DNA from: the human T2T-CHM13v2.0 reference genome, Homo sapiens
Reading direction: 5' to 3' (one strand)
DNA length: 64,000 nucleotides
Assembly: GCF_009914755.1 (NCBI RefSeq)
Contig: NC_060931.1
Shown here: piece after piece, positions 52,801 to 64,000 of the stretch
Position numbering within the stretch: position 1 is the stretch's first letter
Layout of the letters: every line of letters starts with the position of its first letter
Position numbers and translations under genes: made by a program
Notes under the pieces: generated by a model
Seen by the model: only the letters and a program-made list of their open reading frames with translations
The model's database searches: none
What the model was told of the DNA's origin: nothing

Positions 52801-55800
52801 CACTCTCGCTGTGGAATTTTCAGGTGGAGATTTCAAGCGATTTGAGGACAATTGCAGAAAAGGAAATATCTTCGTATAATAACCAGACAGAATCATTCTC
52901 AGAAAGTGCTTTGTGATGTGTGCGTTCAACTCACAGAGTTTAACCTTTCTTTTCATAGAGGAGTTTGGAAACACACTGTTTGTAAAGTCTGCAATTGGAT
53001 ATATGGACCTGTTTGAGGCCTCCGTTGGAAACGGGATTTCTTCATTGAATGCTAGACGGAAGAATTCTCAGTAAATTCTTTGTGTTGTGTGCATTCAACT
53101 CACAGAGTGGAACGTCCCTTTAGACAGAGCAGATTTGAAACACTCTTTTTGCGGAATTTGCAAGTGGAGATTTCTAGCCATTTGATGTCAACAGTAGAAA
53201 GGGAAATATCTTCAAATAAAAACCAGACAGAATCATTCTCAGAAAATTCTTTGTGATGTGTGCGTTCAACTCACATAGTTTAACCTTTCTTTTCATAGAG
53301 CAGTTTGGAAACACTCTGTTTGTAAAGTCTGCAAGTGGATATATGGACCGCATTGAGGCCTTCGTTGGAAACGGGATTTCTTCATTTCATGCTAGACAGA
53401 AGAATTCTCAGTAACTTCTTTGTGCTGTGTGTATTCAACTCACAGAGTGGAACGTCCCTTTGCACAGAGCAGATTTGAAACACTCTTTTTGTGGAGTTTG
53501 CAAGTGGAGATTTCAAGCGATTTGATGCCAACAGTAGAAAAGGAAATATCTTCAAATAAAAACTAGACAGAATCATTCTCAGAAACTACTTTGTGATGTG
53601 TGCCTTCAACTCACAGAGTTTAACCTTTCTTTTCTTAGAGCAGTTTAGAAACACTCTGCTTGTTATGTCTGCAAGTGGATATTTGGACCTCTTTGAGGCC
53701 TTCGTTGCAAACGGGGTTTCTTCCTTTCATGCTAGACTAAGAAGAGTTCTCAGTAACTTTTTTGTGTTGTGTGTATTCAACTCACAGAGTTGAACCTTGC
53801 TTTAGAGAGAGCAGATTTGAAACACTCTTGCTGTGGCATTTTCAGGTGGAGATTTCAAGCGATTTGAGGACAATTGCAGAAAAGGAAATATCTTCGTATA
53901 ATAACCAGACAGAATCATTCTCAGAAAGTGCTTTGTGATGTGTGCGTTCAACTCACAGAGTTTAACCTTTCTTTTCATAGAGGAGTTTGGAAACACACTG
54001 TTTGTAAAGTCTGCAAGTGGATACATGGACCTGTTTGAGGCCTTCGTTGGAAACGGGATTTCTTCATTGAATGCTAGACGGAAGAATTCTCAGTAAATTC
54101 TTTGTGTTGTGTGCATTCAACTCACAGAGTGGAACGTCCCTTTAGACAGAGCAGATTTGAAACTCTCTTTTTGCGGAATTTGCAAGTGGAGATTTCTAGC
54201 CATTTGATGCCAACAGTAGAAAGGGAAATATCTTCAAATAAAAACCAGACAGAATCATTCTCAGAAAATTCTTTGTGATGTGTGCGTTCAACTCACATAG
54301 TTTAACCTTTCTTTTCATAGAGCAGTTTGGAAACACTCTGTTTGTAAAGTCTGCAAGTGGATATATGGACCGCATTGAGGCCTTCGTTGGAAACGGGATT
54401 TCTTCATTTCATGCTAGACAGAAGAATTCTCAGTAACTTCTTTGTGCTGTGTGTATTCAACTCACAGAGTGGAACGTCCCTTTACACAGAGCAGATTTGA
54501 AACACTCTTTTTGTGGAGTTTGCAAGTGGAGATTTCAAGCGATTTGATGCCAACAGTAGAAAAGGAAATATCTTCAAATAAAAACTAGACAGAATCATTC
54601 TCAGAAACTACTTTGTGATGTGTGACTTCAACTCACAGAGTTTAACCTTTCTTTTCTTAGAGCAGTTTAGAAACACTCTGCTTGTTATGTCTGCAAGTGG
54701 ATATTTGGACCTCTTTGAGGCCTTCGTTGCAAACGGGGTTTCTTCCTTTCATGCTAGACTAAGAAGAGTTCTCAGTAACTTTTTTGTGTTGTGTGTATTC
54801 AACTCACAGAGTTGAACCTTGCTTTAGAGAGAGCAGATTTGAAACACTCTTGCTGTGGCATTTTCAGGTGGAGATTTCAAGCGATTTGAGGACAATTGCA
54901 GAAAAGGAAATATCTTCGTATAATAACCAGACAGAATCATTCTCAGAAAGTGCTTTGTGATGTGTGCGTTCAACTCACAGAGTTTAACCTTTCTTTTCAT
55001 AGAGGAGTTTGGAAACACACTGTTTGTAAAGTCTGCAAGTGGATATATGGACCTGTTTGAGGCCTTCGTTGGAAACGGGATTTCTTCATTGAATGCTAGA
55101 CGGAAGAATTCTCAGTAAATTCTTTGTGTTGTGTGCATTCAACTCACAGAGTGGAACGTCCCTTTAGACAGAGCAGATTTGAAACACTCTTTTTGCGGAA
55201 TTTGCAAGTGGAGATTTCTAGCCATTTGATGCCAACAGTAGAAAGGGAAATATCTTCAAATAAAAACCAGACAGAATCATTCTCAGAAAATTCTTTGTGA
55301 TGTGTGCGTTCAACTCACATAGTTTAACCTTTCTTTTCATAGAGCAGTTTGGAAACACTCTGTTTGTAAAGTCTGCAAGTGGATATATGGACCGCATTGA
55401 GGCCTTCGTTGGAAACGGGATTTCTTCATTTCATGCTAGACAGAAGAATTCTCAGTAACTTCTTTGTGCTGTGTGTATTCAACTCACAGGGTGGAACGTC
55501 CCTTTACACAGAGCAGATTTGAAACACTCTTTTTGTGGAGTTTGCAAGTGGAGATTTCAAGCGATTTGATGCCAACAGTAGAAAAGGAAATATCTTCAAA
55601 TAAAAACTAGACAGAATCATTCTCAGAAACTACTTTGTGATGTGTGCCTTCAACTCACAGAGTTTAACCTTTCTTTTCTTAGAGCAGTTTAGAAACACTC
55701 TGCTTGTTATGTCTGCAAGTGGATATTTGGACCTCTTTGAGGCCTTCGTTGCAAACGGGGTTTCTTCCTTTCATGCTAGACTAAGAAGAGTTCTCAGTAA

Positions 55801-55809
55801 CTTTTTTGT

Positions 55810-58690
55810 GTTGTGTGTATTCAACTCACAGAGTTGAACCTTGCTTTAGAGAGAGCAGATTTGAAACACTCTCGCTGTGGCATTTTCAGGTGGAGATTTC
55901 AAACGATTTGAGGACAATTGCAGAAAAGGAAATACCTTCGTATAATAACCAGACAGAATCATTCTCAGAAAGTGCTTTGTGATGTGTGCGTTCAACTCAC
56001 AGAGTTTAACCTTTCTTTTCATAGAGGAGTTTGGAAACACACTGTTTGTAAAGTCTGCAAGTGGATATATGGACCTGTTTGAGGCCTTCGTTGGAAACGG
56101 GATTTCTTCATTGAATGCTAGACGGAAGAATTCTCAGTAAATTCTTTGTGTTGTGTGCATTCAACTCACAGAGTGGAACGTCCCTTTAGAAAGAGCAGAT
56201 TTGAAACACTCTTTTTGCGGAATTTGCAAGTGGAGATTTCTAGCCATTTGATGCCAACAGTAGAAAGGGAAATATCTTCAAATAAAAACCAGACAGAATC
56301 ATTCTCAGAAAATTCTTTGTGATGTGTGCGTTCAACTCACATAGTTTAACCTTTCTTTTCATAGAGCAGTTTGGAAACACTCTGTTTGTAAAGTCTGCAA
56401 GTGGATATATGGACCGCATTGAGGCCTTCATTGGAAACGGGATTTCTTCATTTCATGCTAGACAGAAGAATTCTCAGTAACTTCTTTGTGCTGTGTGTAT
56501 TCAACTCACAGAGTGCAACGTCCCTTTACACAGAGCAGATTTGAAACACTCTTTTTGTGGAGTTTGCAAGTGGAGATTTCAAGCGATTTTATGCCAACAG
56601 TAGAAAAGGAAATATCTTCAAATAAAAACTAGACAGAATCATTCTCAGAAACTACTTTGTGATGTGTGCCTTCAACTCACAGAGTTTAACCTTTCTTTTC
56701 TTAGAGCAGCTTAGAAACACTCTGCTTGTTATGTCTGCAAGTGGATATTTGGACCTCTTTGAGGCCTTCGTTGCAAACGGGGTTTCTTCCTTTAATGCTA
56801 GACTAAGAAGAGTTCTCAGTAACTTTTTTGTGTTGTGTTTATTCAACTCACAGAGTTGAACCTTGCTTTAGAGAGAGCAGATTTGAAACACTCTCGCTGT
56901 GGCATTTTCAGGTGGAGATTTCAAACGATTTGAGGACAATTGCAGAAAAGGAAATATCTTCGTATAATAACCAGACAGAATCATTCTCAGAAAGTGCTTT
57001 GTGATGTGTGCGTTCAACTCACAGAGTTTAACCTTTCTTTTCATAGAGGAGTTTGGAAACACACTGTTTGTAAAGTCTGCAATTGGATATATGGACCTGT
57101 TTGAGGCCTTCGTTGGAAACGGGATTTTATCATATAATGATAGACGGAAGAATTCTCAGTAAATTCTTTGTGTTGTATGCATTCAACTCACAGAGTGGAA
57201 CGTCCCTTTAGACAGAGCAGATTTGAAACACTCTTTTTGCGGAATTTGCAAGTGGAGATTTCTAGCCATTTGATGCCAACAGTAGAAAGGGAAATATCTT
57301 CAAATAAAAACCAGACAGAATCATTCTCAGAAAATTCTTTGTGATGTGTGCGTTCAACTCACATAGTTTAACCTTTCTTTTCATAGAGCAGTTTGGAAAC
57401 ACTCTGTTTGTAAAGTCTGCAAGTGGATATATGGACCGCATTGAGGCCTTCGTTGGAAACGGGATTTCTTCATTTCATGCTAGACAGAAGAATTCTCAGT
57501 AACTTCTTTGTGCTGTGTGTATTCAACTCACAGAGTGGAACGTCCCTTTACACAGAGCAGATTTGAAACACTCTTTTTGTGGAGTTTGCAAGTGGAGATT
57601 TCAAGCGATTTGATGCCAACAGTAGAAAAGGAAATATCTTCTAATAAAAACTAGACAGAATCATTCTCAGAAACTACTTTGTGATGTGTGCCTTCAACTC
57701 ACAGAGTTTAACCTTTCTTTTCTTAGAGCAGTTTAGAAACACTCTGCTTGTTATGTCTGCAAGTGGATATTTGGACCTCTTTGAGGCCTTCGTTGCAAAC
57801 GGGGTTTCTTCCTTTAATGCTAGACTAAGAAGAGTTCTCAGTAACTTTTTTGTGTTGTGTGTATTCAACTCACAGAGTTGAACCTTGCTTTAGAGAGAGC
57901 AGATTAGAAACACTCTCGCTGTGGAATTTTCAGGTGGAGATTTCAAGCGATTTGAGGACAATTGCAGAAAAGGAAATATCTTCGTATAATAACCAGACAG
58001 AATCATTCTCAGAAAGTGCTTTGTGATGTGTGCGTTCAACTCACAGAGTTTAACCTTTCTTTTCATAGAGGAGTTTGGAAACACACTGTTTGTAAAGTCT
58101 GCAATTGGATATACGGACCTGTTTGAGGCCTCCGTTGGAAACGGGATTTCTTCATTGAATGCTAGACGGAAGAATTCTCAGTAAATTCTTTGTGTTGTGT
58201 GCATTCAACTCACAGAGTGGAACGTCCCTTTAGACAGAGCAGATTTGAAACACTCTTTTTGCGGAATTTGCAAGTGGAGATTTCTAGCCATTTGATGTCA
58301 ACAGTAGAAAGGGAAATATCTTCAAATAAAAACCAGACAGAATCATTCTCAGAAAATTCTTTGTGATGTGTGCGTTCAACTCACATAGTTTAACCTTTCT
58401 TTTCATAGAGCAGTTTGGAAACACTCTGTTTGTAAAGTCTGCAAGTGGATATATGGACCGCATTGAGGCCTTCGTTGGAAACGGGATTTCTTCATTTCAT
58501 GCTAGACAGAAGAATTCTCAGTAACTTCTTTGTGCTGTGTGTATTCAACTCACATAGTGGAACGTCCCTTTGCACAGAGCAGATTTGAAACACTCTTTTT
58601 GTGGAGTTTGCAAGTGGAGATTTCAAGCGATTTGATGCCAACAGTAGAAAAGGAAATATCTTCAAATAAAAACTAGACAGAATCATTCTC
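55810..58690 (+). repeat. Duplicate of ~50700-53580 (offset 5110 bp = 5 HORs)
   Basis: Shared rare variants: tttagaaagag, cttcattgg, gagtgcaacg, gtgtttatt, tatcatataatgata, cttctaata, agattagaaa. Confidence 0.87.
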
Positions 58691-61600
58691 AGAAACTACT
58701 TTGCGATGTGTGCCTTCAAGTCACAGAGTTTAACCTTTCTTTTCTTAGAGCAGCTTAGAAACACTCTGCTTGTTATGTCTGCAAGTTGATATTTGGACCT
58801 CTTTGACGCCTTCGTTGCAAACGGGGTTTCTTCCTTTAATGCTAGACTAAGAAGAGTTCTCAGTAACTTTTTTGTGTTGTGTGTATTCAACTCACAGAGT
58901 TGAACCTTGCTTTAGAGAGAGCAGATTTGAAACACTCTTGCTGTGGCATTTTCAGGTGGAGATTTCAAGCGATTTGAGGACAATTGCAGAAAAGGAAATA
59001 TCTTCGTATAATAACCAGACAGAATCATTCTCAGAAAGTGCTTTGTGATGTGTGCGTTCAACTCACAGGGTTTAACCTTTCTTTTCATAGAGGAGTTTGG
59101 AAACACACTGTTTGTAATGTCTGCAATTGGATATATGGACCTGTTTTAGGCCTTCGTTGGAAACGGGATTTCTTCATTGAATGCTAGACGGAAGAATTCT
59201 CAGTAAATTCTTTCTGTTGTGTGCATTCAACTCACAGAGTGGAACGTCCCTTTAGACAGAGCAGATTTGAAACACTTTTTGGCGGAATTTGCAAGTGGAG
59301 ATTTCTAGCCATTTGATGCCAACAGTAGAAAGGGAAATATCTTCAAATAAAAACCAGACAGAATCATTCTCAGAAAATTCTTTGTGATGTGTGCGTTCAA
59401 CTCACATAGTTTAACCTTTCTTTTCATAGAGCAGTTTGGAAACACTCTGTTTGAAAAGTCTGCAAGTGGATATATGGACCGCATTGAGGCCTTCGTTGGA
59501 AACGGGATTTCTTCATTTCATGCTAGACAGAAGAATTCTCAGTAACTTCTTTGTGCTGTGTGTATTCAACTCACAGAGTGGAACGTCCCTTTACACAGAG
59601 CAGATTTGAAACACTCTTTTTGTGGAGTTTGCAAGTGGAGATTTCAAGCGATTTGATGCCAACAGTAGAAAAGGAAATATCTTCAAATAAAAACTAGACA
59701 GAATCATTCTCAGAAACTACTTTGTGATGTGTGCCTTCAACTCACAGAGTTTAACCTTTCTTTTCTTAGAGCAGTTTAGAAACACTCTGCTTGTTATGTC
59801 TGCAAGTGGATATTTGGACCTCTTTGAGGCCTTCGTTGCAAACGGGGTTTCTTCCTTTAATGCTAGACTAAGAAGAGTTCTCAGTAACTTTTTTGTGTTG
59901 TGTGTATTCAACTCACAGAGTTGAACCTTGCTTTAGAGAGAGCAGATTTGAAACACTCTCGCTGTGGAATTTTCAGGTGGAGATTTCAAGCGATTTGAGG
60001 ACAATTGCAGAAAAGGAAATATCTTCGTATAATAACCAGACAGAATCATTCTCAGAAAGTGCTTTGTGATGTGTGCGTTCAACTCACAGAGTTTAACCTT
60101 TCTTTTCATAGAGGAGTTTGGAAACACACTGTTTGTAAAGTCTGCAATTGGATATATGGACCTGTTTGAGGCCTTCGTTGGAAACGGGATTTCTTCATTG
60201 AATGCTAGACGGAAGGATTCTCAGTAAATTCTTTGTGTTGTGTGCATTCAACTCACAGAGTGGAACGTCCCTTTAGACAGAGCAGATTTGAAACACTCTT
60301 TTTGCGGAATTTGCAAGTGGAGATTTCTAGCCATTTGATGCCAACAGTAGAAAGGGAAATATCTTCAAATAAAAACCAGACAGAATCATTCTCAGAAAAT
60401 TCTTTGTGATGTGTGCGTTCAACTCACATAGTTTAACCTTTCTTTTCATAGAGCAGTTTGGAAACACTCTGTTTGTAAAGTCTGCAAGTGGATATATGGA
60501 CCGCATTGAGGCCTTCGTTGGAAACGGGATTTCTTCATTTCATACTAGACAGAAGAATTCTCAGTAACTTCTTTGTGCTGTGTGTATTCAACTCACAGAG
60601 TGGAACGTCCCTTTGCACAGAGCAGATTTGAAACACTCTTTTTGTGGAGTTTGCAAGTGGAGATTTCAAGCGATTTGATGCCAACAGTAGAAAAGGAAAT
60701 ATCTTCAAATAAAAACTAGACAGAATCATTCTCAGAAACTACTTTGTGATGTGTGCCTTTAACTCACAGAGTTTAACCTTTCTTTTCTTAGAGCAGTTTA
60801 GAAACACTCTGCTTGTTATGTCTGCAAGTGGATATTTGGACCTCTTTGAGGCCTTCGTTGCAAACGGGGTTTCTTCCTTTAATGCTAGACTAAGAAGAGT
60901 TCTCAGTAACTTTTTGGTGTTGTGTGTATTCAACTCACAGAGTTGAACCTTGCTTTAGAGAGAGCAGATTTGAAACACTCTTGCTGTGGCATTTTCAGGT
61001 GGAGATTTCAAGCGATTTGAGGACAATTGCAGAAAAGGAAATATCTTCGTATAATAACCAGACAGAGTCATTCTCAGAAAGTGCTTTGTGATGTGTGCGT
61101 TCAACTCACAGAGTTTAACCTTTCTTTTCATAGAGGAGTTTGGAAACACACTGTTTGTAAAGTCTGCAATTGGATATATGGACCTGTTTGAGGCCTCCGT
61201 TGGAAACGGGATTTCTTCATTGAATGCTAGACGGAAGAATTCTCAGTAAATTCTTTGTGTTGTGTGCATTCAACTCACAGAGTGGAACGTCCCTTTAGAC
61301 AGAGCAGATTTGAAACACTCTTTTTGCGGAATTTGCAAGTGGAGATTTCTAGCCATTTGATGCCAACAGTAGAAAGGGAAATATCTTCAAATAAAAACCA
61401 GACAGAATCATTCTCAAAAAATTCTTTGTGATGTGTGCGTTCAACTCACATAGTTTAACCTTTCTTTTCATAGAGCAGTTTGGAAACACTCTGTTTGTAA
61501 AGTCTGCAAGTGGATATATGGACCGCATTGAGGCCTTCGTTGGAAACGGGATTTCTTCATTTCATGCTAGACAGAAGAATTCTCAGTAACTTCTTTGTGC

Positions 61601-64000
61601 TGCGTGTATTCAACTCACAGAGTGGAACGTCCCTTTGCACAGAGCAGATTTGAAACACTCTTTTTGTGGAGTTTGCAAGTGGAGATTTCAAGCGATTTGA
61701 TGCCAACAGTAGAAAAGGAAATATCTTCAAATAAAAACTAGACAGAATCATTCTCAGAAACTACTTTGTGATGTGTGCCTTCAACTCACAGAGTTTAACC
61801 TTTCTTTTCTTAGAGCAGTTTAGAAACACTCTGCTTGTTATGTCTGCAAGTGGATATTTGGACCTCTTTGAGGCCTTCGTTGCAAACGGGGTTTCTTCCT
61901 TTAATGCTAGACTAAGAAGAGTTCTCAGTAACTTTTTTGTGTTGTGTGTATTCAACTCACAGAGTTGAACCATGCTTTAGAGAGAGCAGATTTGAAACAC
62001 TCTTGCTGTGGAATTTTCAGGTGGAGATTTCAAGCGATTTGAGGACAATTGCAGAAAAGGAAATATCTTCGTATAATAACCAGACAGAATCATTCTCAGA
62101 AAGTGCTTTGTGATGTGTGCGTTCAACTCACAGAGTTTAACCTTTCTTTTCATAGAGGAGTTTGGAAACACACTGTTTGTAAAGTCTGCAATTGGATATA
62201 TGGACCTGTTTGAGGCCTTCGTTGGAAACGGGATTTCTTCATTGAATGCTAGACGGAAGAATTCTCAGTAAATTCTTTGTGTTGTGTGCATTCAACTCAC
62301 AGAGTGGAACGTCCCTTTAGACAGAGCAGATTTGAAACACTCTTTTTGCGGAATTTGCAAGTGGAGATTTCTAGCCATTTGATGCCAACAGTAGAAAGGG
62401 AAATATCTTCAAATAAAAAGCAGACAGAATCATTCTCAGAAAATTCTTTGTGATGTGTGCGTTCAACTCACATAGTTTAACCGTTCTTTTCATAGAGCAG
62501 TTTGGAAACACTCTGTTTGTAAAGTCTGCAAGTGGATATATGGACCGCATTGAGGCCTTCGTTGGAAACGGGATTTCTTCATTTCATGCTAGACAGAAGA
62601 ATTCTCAGTAACTTCTTTGTGCTGTGTGTATTCAACTCACAGAGTGGAACGTCCCTTTGCACAGAGCAGATTTGAAACACTCTTTTTGTGGAGTTTGCAA
62701 GTGGAGATTTCAAGCGATTTGATGCCAACAGTAGAAAAGGAAATATCTTCAAATAAAAACTAGACAGAATCATTCTCAGAAACTACTTTGTGATGTGTGC
62801 CTTTAACTCACAGAGTTTAACCTTTCTTTTCTTAGAGCAGTTTAGAAACACTCTGCTTGTTATGTCTGCAAGTGGATATTTGGACCTCTTTGAGGCCTTC
62901 GTTGCAAACGGGGTTTCTTCCTTTAATGCTAGACTAAGAAGAGTTCTCAGTAACTTTTTTGTGTTGTGTGTATTCAACTCACAGAGTTGAACCTTGCTTT
63001 AGAGAGAGCAGATTTGAAACACTCTCGCTGTGGAATTTTCAGGTGGAGATTTCAAGCGATTTGAGGACAATTGCAGAAAAGGAAATATCTTCGTATAATT
63101 ACCAGACAGAATCATTCTCAGAAAGTGCTTTGGGTTGTGTGCGTTCAACTCACAGAGTTTAACCTTTCTTTTCATAGAGGAGTTTGGAAACACACTGTTT
63201 GTAAAGTCTGCAATTGGATATATGGACCTGTTTGAGGCCTCCGTTGGAAACGGGATTTCTTCATTGAATGCTAGACGGAAGAATTCTCAGTAAATTCTTT
63301 GTGTTGTGTGCATTCAACTCACAGAGTGGAACGTCCCTTTAGACAGAGCAGATTTGAAACACTCTTTTTGCGGAATTTGCAAGTGGAGATTTCTAGCCAT
63401 TTGATGCCAACAGTAGAAAGGGAAATATCTTCAAATAAAAACCAGACAGAATCATTCTCAAAAAATTCTTTGTGATGTGTGCGTTCAACTCACATAGTTT
63501 AACCTTTCTTTTCATAGAGCAGTTTGGAAACACTCTGTTTGTAAAGTCTGCAAGTGGATATATGGACCGCATTGAGGCCTTCGTTGGAAACGGGATTTCT
63601 TCATTTCATGCTAGACAGAAGAATTCTCAGTAACTTCTTTGTGCTGCGTGTATTCAACTCACAGAGTGGAACGTCCCTTTGCACAGAGCAGATTTGAAAC
63701 ACTCTTTTTGTGGAGTTTGCAAGTGGAGATTTCAAGCGATTTGATGCCAACAGTAGAAAAGGAAATATCTTCAAATAAAAACTAGACAGAATCATTCTCA
63801 GAAACTACTTTGTGATGTGTGCCTTCAACTCACAGAGTTTAACCTTTCTTTTCTTAGAGCAGTTTAGAAACACTCTGCTTGTTATGTCTGCAAGTGGATA
63901 TTTGGACCTCTTTGAGGCCTTCGTTGCAAACGGGGTTTCTTCCTTTAATGCTAGACTAAGAAGAGTTCTCAGTAACTTTTTTGTGTTGTGTGTATTCAAC

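Larger units (their letters stand above)
1..64000 (+). repeat. Centromeric alpha-satellite higher-order repeat array, 6-monomer 1022-bp HOR with SF1-type dimeric substructure; probably human chr7 D7Z1 (S1C7H1L)
   Basis: Alphoid motifs (cattctcagaaa, ttcaactcacagag, gagcagatttgaaacactc, CENP-B boxes) recur every ~170 bp across the window. The same ORF-track landmark recurs at 1015, 2036, 3058 ... 61977, 62999, mostly 1022 bp apart. Alpha-satellite identity is certain. The D7Z1 assignment (about 0.8) rests on the 6-mer length, dimeric structure and EcoRI sites at 275, 615 and 1297 (340 + 682 bp), recalled as the D7Z1 dimer/tetramer pattern. Confidence 0.98.

Noticed and set aside
595-63999. Numerous 63-114 aa ORFs on both strands
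   Set aside because: They are chance frames of alpha satellite repeated once per HOR. Many start at non-ATG codons, they overlap on opposite strands, and they appear or vanish with single variants. The 88-aa (14629) and 114-aa (22599) ORFs arise from 1-bp indels. I recognise no protein family.
1-64000. CRISPR-like regular spacing of short conserved motifs
   Set aside because: The intervening sequences are themselves repeated rather than unique spacers, and there are no cas genes. This is a tandem satellite.
1-64000. L1/Alu insertion, inversion or hidden non-satellite island
   Set aside because: HOR landmarks keep 1018-1025 bp spacing (apart from 342, 682 and 682) and one orientation throughout, leaving no room for an insertion.
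1-64000. Claim that this window is the kinetochore site (CENP-A domain or methylation dip)
   Set aside because: This is epigenetically defined and cannot be read from sequence. Homogeneity and CENP-B boxes only indicate an active-type HOR array.
1-64000. A previously undescribed biological system
   Set aside because: Everything seen is explained by known alpha-satellite HOR structure and turnover (unequal exchange, conversion, slippage). Individual variants may be uncatalogued, but nothing supports a new system.

Overview
The whole 64 kb window is one uninterrupted, single-orientation primate (human-type) centromeric alpha-satellite array. It is built from ~171-bp monomers arranged as alternating dimers (suprachromosomal family 1 organisation), which form a 6-monomer higher-order repeat (HOR) of 1022 bp (340+340+342). 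A CENP-B box lies in every second monomer. The 6-mer length and the EcoRI spacing (340 + 682 bp) fit the human chromosome 7 active array D7Z1 (S1C7H1L); this assignment is from memory of the family, not from a search. About 63-64 HOR units are present. I found no genes, RNA genes, transposon insertions, inversions or CRISPR arrays, and every listed ORF is a chance reading frame repeated once per HOR. I did not find a new biological system. The interesting signal is the array's internal history: three shortened HORs (one 2-mer, two 4-mers with the same junction), nested duplications at offsets of about 2, 3, 4.4, 5.1, 6.1, 12.6 and 36.1 kb, an out-of-register conversion tract, a clustered mutation that creates a hairpin next to a CENP-B box, and CENP-B box loss biased to one monomer position. 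Variants were read by eye, so counts and block edges are approximate.
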